Assembly (NCBI GenBank): GCA_051362555.1
Contig: CM120649.1
Location: 992,001 to 1,056,000, forward strand
DNA from: Lingula anatina
Taxonomy: Eukaryota > Animalia > Brachiopoda
Length of the DNA stretch: 64,000 nucleotides
Direction of reading: 5' to 3'
Shown here: one piece after another, positions 14,505 through 32,973 of the stretch
Numbering within the stretch: the first letter of the stretch is position 1
Layout: every line of letters starts with the position of its first letter
The notes under the pieces: model-generated
Told to the model about the DNA's origin: nothing
Databases searched by the model: none
What the model saw: only the letters and a program-made list of their open reading frames with translations
Position numbers and translations under genes: made by a program

Positions 14505-17500
14505 GTGAACACACACGCGCACACACACACACACACACACACGTGAACACGCACACGTACCATCTTCTTCCTCCTCCTCACTGCTACTCTCCACAACTTG
14601 TATTCTCCTCCTCTTCTGCTTCTGGGGAGCTGCATCTTCTTCATCTGAGTCCTGTTTCCTGGTCTTCTTAGATTTTTGCCTGTGTAAGAAGAATATTACA
14701 AGGATATGTTTGGTGAAAGGCTTCACTGTTTGCTACTGATTCATATAAATCAACATATAGTTTTAAACAATGAAAAATTTATGATAATATCTTACGTTTA
14801 ATAAAACTGTGGAGGTAATTTTTCAACCTTTCCGATTATCAATATTATAGATGGTTTTCAAATATTCCATTTACCAATTATATTGCGAATAAGCAATTTA
14901 CATCCTAAAGAAATCTGTTAACAATCTTTTAATGATTTACCCTCTCTTTGGTGGCGATTTTTTGTTCAAATCTCTCTGTGGTTTCACGGCGACTGCACTG
15001 TCTTTTTTAACACTGGGTTCCACTTTTGTAGTCTCCGACTTTGTTGTAGGTTCTACAAAACAAATACACAGAAATGGAAATGGAAGTGCCACAAATATTG
15101 ACCTACTTCAGTTATCATATTTAAATGTTGTTCAAGGGGCAGATTAACTTATTGAATGGAATAATAACAATTATTTTAATATTTATTTCTTATAAAACCC
15201 ACTCCATTATTATGCATTTCAATGCACTTAACAGCCACAATAAAAAAACTCTAGAGAGTTACAGTACTAAAATAACACAAACTTAGTTAAGTTAAAATAC
15301 ATTAACAGAGGGATAAAAATTATATATTCTATGTTCTAATAGATTTGGGTTGTTTCTTTACCTTTATTTTGTTGTTTGGAGAAGAAAGATCCTATGCCAC
15401 CCTGTTTTCCTTTCCCCTTGTCTGGCACCTGATGACATGGATATTAATATTAAATTCTTATAAGAAAAAATGTTATACATACGTCAACAGAAAACAATCT
15501 GTTGAGTTTTAAGTCTTCAGGAGGAATTCTTTATAGTGTTAATAGCCTTCAAGGCTGTACTGTTGGGTTTCTCTCTCTCTCTTTGCATCTAGCCTTACTT
15601 AATAACAAAACAGTATAATCTTGTCCCCAATCTTTCATTTTAATCTTAACCAGTTCACTCACCGTTTCTTTTTGCTCTTGCTCCCCTTTCCCATCCTCCT
15701 TTTTGTTTTCTTCTTTGTCTTCTTTCTTCTTTGAAACATTAGAAAACATGCCAGCAATGCCAGCAGGCTGTTTGGGCTTGGGCTTGGAACCACTGGTGCC
15801 ATTCATTGTTGTAACCTAGTGGAATAATATAATAAAGCACTACAAAAAAGTCAACCATATCCCAAAACTGTTGAGAAAATTACTTTTTTTAAACCAGTTT
15901 TGACATCTTAATACATGTGGAATTCACTATCTAGTCCCTATCTCCATTACGAGAAAAAAATTAACAAATCTTATTTTTGTCAACATTCTTGCAAATGGTA
16001 TACTTTAGTGACTAAGGGAAAAAGAGTTGAAATTTGCAGGATTTGTGTACTGATGTGGCCATCGTGCAACTTAAACAAGTTATTTTAAACTGAGGTTGAT
16101 GCTTTACCTTAGCAGGTTGCTCTGTGATGACTGGACGCGAAGCTGCCTCTAATTTTTCCAGCTCCTCCAAAGATCTTGGTTTACATTCATCTGATCTAAT
16201 GGCACTGAACCTGAAACAAAGCAAGCAATGGCATCTTATAGTTTTAATTTATTAACTACATGTAAGGCATTTGCCTAAAAACGTCTATACATCAAACTTA
16301 ATAAGTATGCCATTTGTTTTACAGCCGTAAGTACTAAAAGAAGCTTATTCTTCAATCAAAAATTAACTGATAAACAGACTAATACATTTTTTATTAAATA
16401 ATTATTAATTAGCTGCTCAATAACTAATTAGCTAATTGTCAATTAGTGAATAAATAAATAACGTGTGAAATTAATTTCAACTTTCATTTTTATTTGACTG
16501 TTATAGTAATTGACTGCTTCATTAGCAAGCCCTGGAAAACAGAGTATTGCCTCACTTACTCTTTACTCTGTAACAAACTCCCTTTCAATGTATCATAATC
16601 TGCTATATAGAGAGCATTGGAATCCTGGAAACAGAAATATCAAAGATTATGAGCTTGATATTTTCTTAAGATATGATTATAAAAAACATGCCCTCAGACT
16701 TATCATCATTGAAAAAAAAATCTCATACATTAAAACTGGCCATACCTTCAGTTTTATCATCACATATAAACAAAAATTAACGCATATGAAAAAAGCTGAA
16801 CTGTTCTCATATAATAACACTGGTCTTACTTTCAGTTTCACTTTCTGGACACTGTAGACATGACAGCTGGTGACTGTAGTCAGTGTGGACTTCATGGTGT
16901 CCAGGCTCTCTTCAGGAACTACCATGGCTTTAAGTATCTAAATGGAGGAAATAATACCATAGAGAGAAAAGGGACTGTTTTAAAAATAAATAAATAAATA
17001 TATAAATAATATTTAGTCTTCTTATCTTTGATCCAAGATAAATACAAGAATTCAACCAAATTAAATATTGTATAAAATGAAAATATTTAAGAAATTGAGA
17101 GATGTGGTTCAAAGGACAGTTCTGTGGTAACAATGTTTCACACTATAAAAGTAATAATAATAAATAATAATCAGAAATACAACTTTAAAATTAAAATTAG
17201 TTTATGGTGTTTACAATAAATGTATTATTGTCATACCTTTCCACCATCAGGTGTCTCTGCCATTCCTGACAAAAAATAACACACGGAAAGTTTGTCATTG
17301 TCCTTCTTGTTCCTCTGCTGCTGCACAAACGTGTAAAGCATCCTAAAATGAAAAATAATTAATTGTTTAATTGTACATAAATCAGATGTAACATAAAAAC
17401 TACTGGACTGTTTTTATAAAGGCTGCTGACAATTACAAATTGTTTTGACAGGAAATTACTTACTGTTTAGCCTGATTGACATGTACTGATAAAGTCCTGC

Positions 17501-18067
17501 TCAACCACTTATATGTTACCTAGAAAACAAAGGTATTCCATTAAAAATTGCTTTTATTTTATTTTTGAAAGTGCACAGTAACAGTCAAGTAGTAGTAGGC
17601 CGAGGTCTCAGCAAGGCAGTTACAGCTGTGGGAGACTCTATTACAAATACAGGGCTCTAAGAAATATAGTTGAACATTTTGAAATTATCCAACAAATGGT
17701 TACAGTAGAAATGCCACTGCCACTACTACACCCAACCTGCTAAATAGGCGTTCAAACCTGGTGATATTTTTTAGTTAACAGGCATCTGTGTTCTTTTCTG
17801 ACTAAATGAGTGGTATGCATGAACTCGAGATAAATATACGAGCCAGGGGTAATCCTGTACGAGCTACTAGTCGAGATCGAAAGCAGCAGCCCAGGGCAGG
17901 GGTATGAAGGTCCTACGTTCGCTGTTACAAATCAAAAGACAAGTTATAATCAAAACAAATTCATTGAGCCACAAAAATAACTTCTTTTCTCACTTTCCAA
18001 AAATTACCTACCACTTTATTCTCGTCATTTACAAACTCATCAAGATTTTCCAGGTAAATTTGGTCCA

Positions 18068-18074
<7 letters not shown>
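12688..18074 (-). CDS. POLD3: DNA polymerase delta subunit 3 (p66/Cdc27), ~464 aa, 13 exons
   Basis: Exons 18074-18012, 17519-17464, 17342-17237, 16937-16830, 16624-16560, 16210-16108, 15815-15663, 15428-15362, 15052-14941, 14679-14561, 13818-13594, 13178-13069, 12795-12688 (1395 nt, phase-consistent). N-terminus [43 protein letters not shown]; [24 protein letters not shown] motif; C-terminal PIP box [11 protein letters not shown]. Confidence 0.95.
14215..14560. repeat. CA/CT microsatellite tract containing two decayed copies of the POLD3 exon-10 3' end
   Basis: 14390-14440 is nearly identical to 14560-14610; 14266-14310 is a more degenerate copy. The copies are separated by (CT)n(CA)n. Confidence 0.8.
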
Positions 18075-21894
<3,820 letters not shown>

Positions 21895-24889
21895 GTGACA
21901 GGTCTAACTGGACTGATATACAGGTCCTAGAAGATTGATCAAAAAATCTGGGTCAATTAAATACTGAAATTTTAAGATTTTTACGACCTGGCTTTATTTC
22001 GCTTAAATTCCAAGTACATGCAATTCCAGTTCTTCAGGTCCATGACACTTGCCTTGCAGGTCTTTGGAGGTCGATAGTCAGGGCATGGACTTTTGAAGGA
22101 AAAACAACTCTTGAAGATTGATTTTCTGATTTTGGTCACTGATGTTGTCTTCTTGGCAGATTGAGATTTGTGACCTGAGATTTTAAGGCAAAAGTGGTTA
22201 ACAGATCGTGAATCGCAAGATCAAGATGGTTGATTCACAGGTCTTAGAGGACTGATAACCGGGTCAAGGACAGAGGTTTGGTGAAGGCCCTGAAGCATTG
22301 ATCTCCAGACTATCCACAGGAAAAAATTCTGAATGTGTATTTCTGTCATTTTTTTAATTTCAAGTAAGTTTAGGATTACTTGTCAACAAAAAACTGAGTA
22401 TATTTCTGTTTGATTCCTAAGTTATCTGCATATTACTAGTATGCCAAAGAGTGTACGTTGAACAGACTACAGGAAGCGACGTGTAGTTTTTCATTGTTTT
22501 TAGTGTAGTGATGGTATATAAAGAAAAAGAAACTAAATTTTCAAGTAAATAAAATGTAGTCCGCCTAACTTGCGGAGGTTGTGCTCAAGATTTGGTCATG
22601 TGATCAAGATCTTTAAATGAGTCTTGGAGCCAAAATGAAAGAAAGACCTTAAGGATTTCGCTGCATCCCCCGTTACGATTGATTCTGCATGTAGTAGTTC
22701 AGAACCTGAATTTTGTATTTCTGCTTGTTTTTGGCTTGAGAAAGTGTCTGTTTGTATAGGAAACACACAATATCCAATATGGCCAAATAAAGAGTTGATA
22801 CATCTTGCCTTGTAGAAAAAAAAACTTGAAGCAATTTTCTTTTTCACTAATGTGCAGAAAGTTTATTTAGTTGATGTTCTGACTGGTCTCTGGAGATGAG
22901 ACATTTTTTTCAGAAAACCATGTTTTGTATACCATTAAATTCTGTTTCCATTACGACTTTTGAAACATATCAGTGTACATTGCGATGTATCTCTGTCCGT
23001 AGGATTATGTGCCGTGGATGTTTTACAGGGATATGTTAGATGCATGATGGAATTGGCTTATCATTGTGTGTTGCATAATGATGGTAAAAGAGAATGGCTT
23101 CTAAAGAGACGGAATGGGATTTCTGCCTACAGGGGGCATGATGTGCCACATCGACAATTAAGTGATCGAGGCTCTTTGACGAAAGCTCGAACCCTCATGC
23201 CCTATACTACACATGAAGGTTGGATATACATTTTGTCTCTTTAGAGATTTTTCCTCTTTTAACTGATTTTCCTTTATTTTTAATATTCTCTATGTGAAAA
23301 TATTATCTAAATTCAAATTTGAATTATGTGAGTTTGAATAAATAAAAAGAGGCATAAAATTAATGCTTAAATTAGTTGAAGTAGACTTATAGGTGTCATT
23401 TGATGAGTTTTATTGTAAATTTAACACTTTCTTTTTATTTGATAATCATTTGCAAGATATTTGCATGGTTTTGTTTTTTTTTGGTTACATTGAAAATGCA
23501 GAATATGCTAGATGGTTTATCCAAGCAATTTTTTACTTGTCTTGATATTGTTAGGTTTTTGTTAGGGGTCCTCCATTGTTGTCATCATGTTTATAAGTCT
23601 ATAAAACCATACACATGGGAAGGGGGGGGGGTTAATGCCATCTGTACACTTTTGTAAAATAGTAGAATTATCCAAATTGCTGTCAAAGGTTATAATTTTT
23701 TAGCTTATCATCTTGTACTCTTTGAAGCAGGGGTGGGGTGGGGAGGGGGTATGGAAAACGTTTACTCTTTGTAGACTGGTGGAACTGATGATAAAAATGG
23801 ACGACCCCTTAGTTAATAAGTACTTTTTTCTGCAGGAGAGGAGTGGGGAGAGACCTCCCTCTAATCTACCAGTCTGGTTTGGACTTTAAATATTGTATCA
23901 TCATTCATTTTCATTTAATGAAGTACATGAAGAATTGAAAATGTATATTTATTTGTTGATTTTGCTGTTAACATTTTCATATAATATTAACCAACTTTGG
24001 AAAAAGAATGGAGTTACTTTGCTTAATGAAAGTGAAACTTAGATAGTGCGTGCAGTGTACTATCTATTTAAACCACAGCTAGCATGTAGAACAAAAGACT
24101 TGGCCGTGCTGTATTGGACATACAAGCATGTCATAAACCAGTGCGTTCCACGGTTTGTAGCACTCTCGTTACTCACTAGTGCAGTAGCCAATCAGAGGCT
24201 GTGGTTTAAGCCAGATACAATATTTCATGTACACCTTGGTGACTCGTATTGTATATATTTCATATGAGAAGATGAAAAGTTGCTTTAGCTGCATTTGTTC
24301 ATGTCTTAACTCCATGTTACTTCTTGTATGATATCGAATCTTGTAAAATCTATTTATTGTTGTGCATTTTATAAAAATTTGTTATATTAAAATATATCTG
24401 AGTTGTTTATTATGAGAATTGTTACATTATTTAAGCCTTTGATGTTCTGAGATGGAATGAATATATTGATTGTTTCTTTTCATGTCTGTAACAGTCTATG
24501 GACTGTCAGAACTAATGTGCTGCAAAAACATGGCTTTTATTAAAAATAAAAGTTTTCTTGGTCAGAAATGATCTTATGTTTTGTTTTGTTCAAAAAAAGT
24601 TAATGTTTTCAGACTATGCCTACGAACCTCCACCCACTATAAAGAAGAAAGATAATCAATCTTGGCGTGTGTGATTGTTGATGAACAAGAATAAAGTTCT
24701 TTGCACATTTGATGAAGTTTTCAGGATAAGCATTTATTCGAGAGGGAAAGAAGTGCTTATCATTTCTACTGAATTTGAGTCCGATTCCGTTCACATAAAA
24801 AAGTCTTTTCATCATTTTCAGTTCTTCTCTTTTCTTTGGCAAAAGTCTGAACTCTGTGATCTTTAGTTGTTAGTAATTTTGTTAAATGT

Positions 24890-25055
24890 TGTTGTTGCCC
24901 TCTAGTGAATTCCATCTTAACTTCACCCAACTAAACAAGTGACATTTTAAGCCAATGAAGCACTGCCCTCTATTGGCATAAATTGTAACTAGACAACAAT
25001 TTATGTTGATAGAGGGCAGTAGTTTCTAGTTGAGCAATTCTCAGAGGGTAGCACC
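24890..25055. other. Nested palindrome with a central 25-bp hairpin and four TRCCCTCT motifs
   Basis: ACTGCCCTCTATTGGCATAAATTGT (24962-24986) pairs with 24996-25020; outer arms at ~24894 and ~25050 are also inverted. Confidence 0.6.
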
Positions 25056-26275
25056 TTAGAATGCATGGCAGTGGCTTTGGGCTTTATTCCCAACTGATGA
25101 CCGATAGTTAAAGCGCACTAGTAGTTAAAGTGAGAAAAGAGTAGTATCTTCATTTCCATGAGTGAAAGCTTTCAGGATTATGCCTGATTTCAGGATTTTC
25201 AGTCTTCATTTTGTTTTTTCATATGGTCTAAATGCGATGAGAAAATGCCAGCTACATTTTCAGTTTTTAAAACTTGTACCCGTGAATTTCATAACCTACA
25301 CTGAGAAAAGAATAAAATCATGAATTTATTAACTTTACTGTAAATAAAATAAAATAAATCATCAGAATTTGCCTTTTAGTGTTTAGAATTTCAATATAAT
25401 GCAAAAGTGCAGGTAACATTCTTTAATAACAACACGCTAGGAGAAAAGTGATTATATTTTCAAGAGTAAAATTTGTTGGACGGAATGATAAATCAACACA
25501 TATCTGCACCACTAATAAAAACTTCCAATTTTTCATTTATATAATAAATATCACTTGAAATAATCAAACGGGATATTTCTTATATAAAATCAACATTCAT
25601 ACTTTTCCTAAATAACTTCCTGATAATAATTATTTGAAATATAATTGGTCAGCAATTTCAACACATGTATATAAAACTGTCTTGTATAAGGAAAGGACAT
25701 CAGATATTTAAATAAAATAATTTTGGACAGCAATGAGAGGACAATCTGGGTATTCATGGCACTACACGTAAAAAAAAAAAAAGTTCCATTTTAATCTCAA
25801 TTATTACCGGATTAAAAATGTGCACCAATAATTCACAGTTAAATATTATATAATACATGTAACTCACAAAAATGTCACACCTATCAGTTCTGATTTTAAT
25901 TCCTCGCAGTAAATGTGGCACTGTAATTCCCTGACTAGCACTACTACAGTCCACTCTGAAATTGTCCAATAATAATGATAATAATTATATATTAATAAAA
26001 ATAAATTAACACAACAACTAGAATTAAGTAACATGAAAGGTTTTTGTGGGAAATGATAATACTTAAATCTAAAATTAAAATGAAAACTATTAATTCATAA
26101 ATATTTCAGTACACTAGTTATATAAAAAATAACTAACATTTGGTAACATGGACTGTTTCAAGATTCTAAATGTTGATTTTTTTAAATTGGCATTGTAAAT
26201 CTTACAAATTTGAACAAAAATGAAAATCAATATAAATAAATAAATAAATATCTAGTGCATCCTAAAGGACTAGCA

Positions 26276-27025
26276 CTAAGTGACATGGACGGTGAGAGGA
26301 TTCTGAATTTTCATCACACAGTATGCACTGCCAAAAACCTGCAATATCTGTACAAGAGTACTAATCACATTTAATGCAATAAGCATAGAAAAATCCCTCT
26401 TCATTTCTTCACGTAAGAGATCATAGCACCCAAGCTTGTAAACTTGGTATTCACCGGGGCCTTGAAAACCACAATTTTCTTTGGCAGACAAGGAATTAGC
26501 ATCACACAGACATGTCTTTGGCGGCAGCGGGCGGGACCAATCGCTCATATTATGTATACCACAGCACTTGAAGTTCATTTGTAGTGTGTCCCAGCACTTT
26601 TGCTCCTCTGTATCATTGAGGAGGTACTCCCCCTGTGATTTCTTTAAGATCTTTAACAAATCTCCATCTTGAATTGCTGCAGCGTCATGGCCTATGAGAA
26701 CAGCACAGCAGATTTCTACAATCAGTACGCTTATGAAAATCCACAGGAATCTGCGTACAAACTGAAGGTTACCGCCACGTAGGATGTTATTGTACGCCCC
26801 AAACAGTCCGAGTATCGTAACTGCTGCTCCAACAATGAGGTCCAGATATACAGGCACCTGATACTGGTGCAGAAATGTACAAGCGAAAATTTGTCGACTT
26901 AGGGTCCATGACGACAAAGAAAGCATCAGAACTCCCTGGATTAGGAGCAAAATAATAAATCCTGATACAAGACATCTCAAATAGTGCTCTCGTTTTTCTC
27001 TGTCTCCCAAGTCAATTTTACTCAT
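26276..27025 (-). CDS. Tetraspanin-family protein with an intronless CDS, 249 aa
   Basis: Four hydrophobic segments; large extracellular loop with WDTLQMNFKCCG...DW..P..C.C and GC before TM4. Confidence 0.88.
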   Translation of the reverse strand: MSKIDLGDREKREHYLRCLVSGFIILLLIQGVLMLSLSSWTLSRQIFACTFLHQYQVPVYLDLIVGAAVTILGLFGAYNNILRGGNLQFVRRFLWIFISVLIVEICCAVLIGHDAAAIQDGDLLKILKKSQGEYLLNDTEEQKCWDTLQMNFKCCGIHNMSDWSRPLPPKTCLCDANSLSAKENCGFQGPGEYQVYKLGCYDLLREEMKRDFSMLIALNVISTLVQILQVFGSAYCVMKIQNPLTVHVT

Positions 27026-28706
27026 CAGAATATGTGCAGTCCATGTACGGACTAATACTGCTTTACGGCACCTAGTTTATTTAACTGTACATGTATATGT
27101 AGATTCACAGTCTCTGTGGCTTAAAAGGTTTTCATCAATCTCCCACTTCCACCATCAAATATAACTCTCACAAATCATAATTTTCCAAGCTAGTTTCTGT
27201 TTTATTGAATCACGAAAACTCTGTGCTGTTTACTGCCTGCTAGTCAATAAGTCAATAAGGCTACAACCATATAACTGTAGCTTCCTGTAGGAAAAAGCAT
27301 CATCCAAATCACTTAGATAATCCGTGTAACTTTCCCTCAACTCGTTTCCTGAAAATAGGGAGGCTGCTGTTTATAAAAATATTCAACTCCTAGCACTACA
27401 TATATTACCGAGTACTAGTATACGATCCAACAGAACTTCTCCTGTGCAGTCAATAAAAGTCAAACATAACTAAGCCAATTCACAATTCATTGATTCCAAG
27501 GAGGTTAAAATACACCTTCTACTTAAAATGTGTTTACACTATCATTAATGTAGTATTGATCCATCAAAAACCCACTGGCATTTAGTAAAAGTTCACCAAT
27601 CAATGAGGCATGCATTAAGTTGTCACGAAGTTGACATATGTGTACTGTATAAAACACTGTTTGATGATCATGGGAAATGCATCAACCATGTGGTATTTAT
27701 TCCGTACATCTTCTACTAATATTCAAATCAAGATACTGCCAATAATAATAATATTATTATTATTATTATTTAATTCTGAAAATAAATAATTTCAAATAAA
27801 TAATAAATAATCTATATAATTTCTCTTTAAAATAGTAAGAGTGATTTGATCATAAAATCTGAATTAATCACAAAAGCAAAACCAAGTTTACTAAGACATG
27901 ATGTGAACCAGCGCTGATTGAGAAATCCAGCTCGAATTTCAACTACAAGATCTACCGTTGTGTAGGGTCACTACCAAGGCAACTTTTTTCAATTTAGAAA
28001 TTCATTAGTAACACCTACATAAACAAAATGAAGTTTGCAATATATGCCCTTCGTTAATAGACACTTTTGAATAAAATAAACTTCAAAACCTGCCAGAAAC
28101 TAGTCGACCCAGTTTCACTCACCCAAACTGTGTTTGGCCTAATTTCTGCTCCGACAGTGTGTGACCTTGACCGAATAAGTAGGTTAGTCAAGAAAAGCAG
28201 GTGGGAAAGGGGCATAAAATGTTCGTTATATGTAAAATGTGCACATTATTTACGATCATCGATGTGGAATTTTCTGTATGTGAGCAGTATTGCATGTTTG
28301 TGCTTTTACTGACCAAATCTGTTGCTGAATTAAAAAATAAATAAAATGTCTTGAAACGAAATCAAAGGCGAAAAACACCGGCGGGTGCCCTCTAGCGGTA
28401 GATGAGCATGCAGTAAATTTCCATAAAATCTTCTAGGTTAGCACTTTGCACATTAATTTAACAGCTGCTTCTTTTCTTTTCCTCTGCCGATAAACGTAGA
28501 GAGGTCATCTACCAATATATGTTCTTTAACGAAGGATTGTGAAGGCCTGTTACGCCTACAGTATTCCTGCGTGTCCTCACGTACACTATGAATGGCGGAG
28601 TCACCCGTCTAAATTCTAAAAAAATATATATTTATTTCTAGGTCAAGGCTTTGTCAAAATACGCCACTCTTCAAGATAAAGTAAAGTCTCTCACAGACAG
28701 AAGAAG

Positions 28707-31700
28707 ATGGTGGGCAAAAAGCCGAACGTGATTGTTGTTGGGGCTGGACTTAGCGGTAAGACATTGAAAGAGAAGCTGAAAATAAAATGTTGATAATGAT
28801 ACTGATAAACATGTACGTGTATTTACTAGAGAGGAAAGATAAAGATTAGAATGCTGGCACTCCTGCGGTACCTAGACAAGCATGAATAACCATGCTCCAG
28901 GCGTTTTTGTTTACTTTGTTCAGTATCTGCAAATAATGCCTGTTATGTATTTTAATTATTACTCTAATTGCATGTGCTTCTATAGTATACATCTTAGGGG
29001 GGCGTCTCGATAGTCCGAAGGTTCATTGGTCCGAAAAGTGGTAACGTTTTCAGCGATTTTTTGTTCGAGGGTTCATTGGTCCGAAAGTTCTATAGCACTT
29101 GAATATTCGGACCAATGAACCTTCGGACTATTGCTACGGCCCCCATCTTAGTGCAATCACACAGACTACATGTAACAGTACTTTGGTAACCTCATGATAC
29201 TGAAGTGCCACACCACCAAGCTAATGTCATGAGCCTGCATGGGTCTACCCCGGCCAGTCACTAACCTCAAGGTCTAAAGAAAAAAAGAATATGAATATTT
29301 ACACATCCCTGCAAAACTTTGGGTTAACCAGTTCATTCATATTAAACAAATTAAATTTAAGAAATGTTGACAGCAAGTGCCATGATATCTAGCATTGCAT
29401 TAGTATTGTTTTAAGGCTGTGCAAATGCATCTCACCTTGGAAGAATTTGTTTCATTTGTCCAGATCTCATTGTAAATTACTTAGGCACAACACAAATATG
29501 ACTTGACTGAAGAAGAGTTCAGTGATAATCGAATTAGGTGTTTTGAATTTGGTGTATAACATGTAATTAATGTATGTAATAAAACTATATGTAAACCACC
29601 TATTTCAGTATCTTGTCTGAAGATTGTATAACTGCATTTATTCCAGGGTTGTCCGCCGCAAGGACACTGAACGAGGCAGGCGTGGATGTTGTGGTGCTAG
29701 AGGGAAGAGACAGAGTGGGAGGACGAGCTTATACAACTGAGGTAAAGTCTGGTGTCATGTTATCTGATAGTCACCCCTTGAATCCTTAAGATGTACAGTA
29801 TGTGACTTGAGAAGGTTGCATCACTTACCTTACAGTGGCCAAAACTTAATACGATAATCACTCGATCTTTTCAATGGGCATAAAATATCAAACTTTCAGA
29901 TACCCCAGTTCATCATTTAAAAAATCATTAAAAATATTTTTGTATAGAATTTGTAGTGCTTTAATAGGAATGCTCTTATTTTAAGAAATTATGACTTAAA
30001 AAATACAGGATCTGTATAAAATTCACAATTCCCCCCCCCAGTGAAAAGAACGAGTTATTACCATGCACTCTGTATATTGCCCATACAAATTGAGAAATTG
30101 AGTGTATTGTTTTTACTAAGTCAATGTTTTTATAATATTTTGCTATAGAAAGTTTTTTATATACAAGGCTGTGTTTACAACCAGTTGATCTGCAGACTAA
30201 CTAGTCTCTGAATCAAACATGGCGCAACTCACTTGAAAGCGTGCTGAGATTCAATTGCTCCACCTCTGCTGGGCCGACACGTAGAGAGGCGAGAATCCAT
30301 TATCAGGTATGTGCCATATTTGATCTGCAGACTAGTTAGTTTGTGGAACAGCTGGTTGAGAATGCTGCTTTACTGAAGAACTAAAAAAACTTTTTTTCTT
30401 TCAGCGGGGCAGTGACATGGGAGGGGCGTATGTTGTTCCGTTTATATTCACAGAACTTCATAAACTGGCCACTGAGTTTGGCGTGAAAGCTGTCAGCACC
30501 AATTCGGAAGGGAAGAAAATATACTACAAAAATGTGAGTGAGGTATTTAAGTAAAAAAGATTATTTTATTCACAGTGTGGTTAGGTATTTTGTTATCTTT
30601 ATCTAACAGGTAACTTTGAAGATGTTTATTTTTTTTTTGGTAACTAGTTTGATGTATTATTATGGAAATATTGATTCATTTTGAAATACATAGTTCATTT
30701 AATTTATTTATTTTATCAGGGAGAGGCCAAATCTTTTGATGATCGTGTGAAGCTTTTTGCGAACCCTTTGGCAGGCCTGGATGTCAACCATTCCTTGGTA
30801 GAAATTCAGAGATACTGCAACATGGTAATTTTGATTTCTTTTTAACTTGTTAATTTATTAGCCCCTTCTCCCAGTCCATCAATAATTTGTTTCGTTGTGT
30901 TTTTGTCAGATTGCCTACTCACTCATTTACTCTGCCTTTCATTCATTCGTTCATTCATTCGTTCATTCATTCATTGAACTTTTGATGTAGCTCCCAATGT
31001 AAGTTTTAATGAACTGTGGTATTTATTATTTACTGTAAAGTAGAGAAATCAAAGTAGCATGTCCTTTTACATATTAATTAACACAATGAATCATTAAAAA
31101 AAGTAAGTAATGAAACTGACATTTTTCTTTTTTATCAGATGCAGATAGATAAGCCCTGGAATTTCAAAGGAGCAGAGACACTGGATAAAATGACTCTGGA
31201 AGAATGGATAAAAGCCAACACATGGACACAGTGAGAGCTCTCTCTCTCTCTCTCTTTTCCACTTCCTCCTTCCTTCCCTGCTGTATAAATATCTTAGAAT
31301 AAAGTACTCTTTCTTTTCTGAGCATGAATGAAATGTTATTCTGTATTCTGTAATGAGATTTTTCTCACTATCATCAGATTTCCTACTTTTTATCATTTTT
31401 GAAATCCATGCAGATCTGCCACACCATATTTTCGGACTTTTTGCCACACGTCAGTCTCAGTGCTGTCTGTTATGAATATTTCAGGGAGGCGCGCGACTTT
31501 CTCCAGGTGTACTGTGTGACCAAGGCGGCGGTGGAGCCCTGCGAAATTTCATTTCTGGCCTTTGTCTGGAAGGTGAGATATGTGTACAAAATAGCCTTAA
31601 AAAATAAGCATCATTATGGTGACAATATCATGATGTTACCTCAGAAATCAGTGAGTAGAATGTTATCTCCCCCTGAACTTGAACATACAAAACTTTAAAA

Positions 31701-32939
31701 AATTACTGTCATCTTGGTGACAAAAATATGACATTCCCAAAAAATCAGCATGCCTCTTCCAGTCCATGTTTTCTGTCCTGGGCTTTGGACTCCCAATTTG
31801 GTTTTTGTCAGTACTACTTGTCCAACTTAGTACAAGTGATTTTCTGTTTATTTTTTATTTTTATTAATTATTATTATTATGTATTTATTTATGTTTTTTT
31901 TTGTAGGTTAAAAGCATGGGGAACACAAGAGAGGCGTACTCTTCTGGTGGTGGAGGTCTCACAGTGTATGCTGGAGGAATTGGGCAAATTACTCAAAAGA
32001 TGGCGCAAGAGCTCGGAGGTATGGCAAGATGAGAGTAATTCTGATTAGAGGTGTGAATTACGAGTCCATTGAAAGTTATAAAACAGATTTTTTTTTCTTT
32101 TTTGCACAAATTGTCTATTTCAAATTCTAAATGAATTTGTTAGGATAAGTCAAGATGCTCTTCCTTTTGGAGGATTTCCTTTTTTTTGATAATCTGTAGA
32201 TGTTATATAAAATCTTCAGTCTGGGAAATGCAGTTAAAAACATTTTAAAAAATCCCTACAAGAAACTGTTCATAATCTGTAAAAGTTTCAAGCTTCTTAT
32301 TTAAGTTAAATTCCTATTTGTATTCCATACCATTGATCTAAAGTTAATTTCAGAAGAGAAAGCTAATAAACGTACTGGATGAACTGAAATATGTACATTA
32401 CTAGTATTTTCCTTGAATATTTTTTTTTTATTTTTTCATTATCCAATTTTATGACTTCATATTTTTAAGGTGAGTGTAAAACGCTTCGGCGACTTGCCAC
32501 CTTTATTTATACTGTAACTAATATTTAACCTTTTATGAGAATAAATATGTTTAAAAAACTGAAATATGAGCAAATTTTAGATAAAGTGCAGTTGAAGAAA
32601 AATGTCCAGCGAGTGGCACAGCAAGGGGACAGCATTGAGGTGACGACAGAAGATGGAAAAACTTTTAAGGTACACTCTCTCACTTAATTCACTTTTGTTG
32701 TACATTTTGGATTTTTCCACCTAATTTGCTATCAGTGTTTAAAAATGTTACATCACTGCATGTAAAATCAACACGTTAACCCCCCCCCCCCCAAATTGTA
32801 ATAAATGAATTTTAAATATGAATTTTTGAGGTCAACCAATTAACACTTTTTTGTACAAATTTCAGAGTCCATGTGAAGTCTTAAGTCAATAGGTTTAACC
32901 TAGCTGTTATATGAAGTAAAAACTTTTTTTTTGAAAACT

Positions 32940-32973
<34 letters not shown>

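Noticed and set aside
14093-14726. His/Thr- and Cys/Val-rich ORFs
   Set aside because: Translations of (CA)n/(TG)n; only 14561-14679 is a real POLD3 exon.
21899-22320. Structured RNA or SECIS in the LCMT1 3' region
   Set aside because: Only degenerate CAGGTC...GA.TGAT repeats were seen; the TGA falls at the expected LCMT1 C-terminus and no SECIS core was identified.
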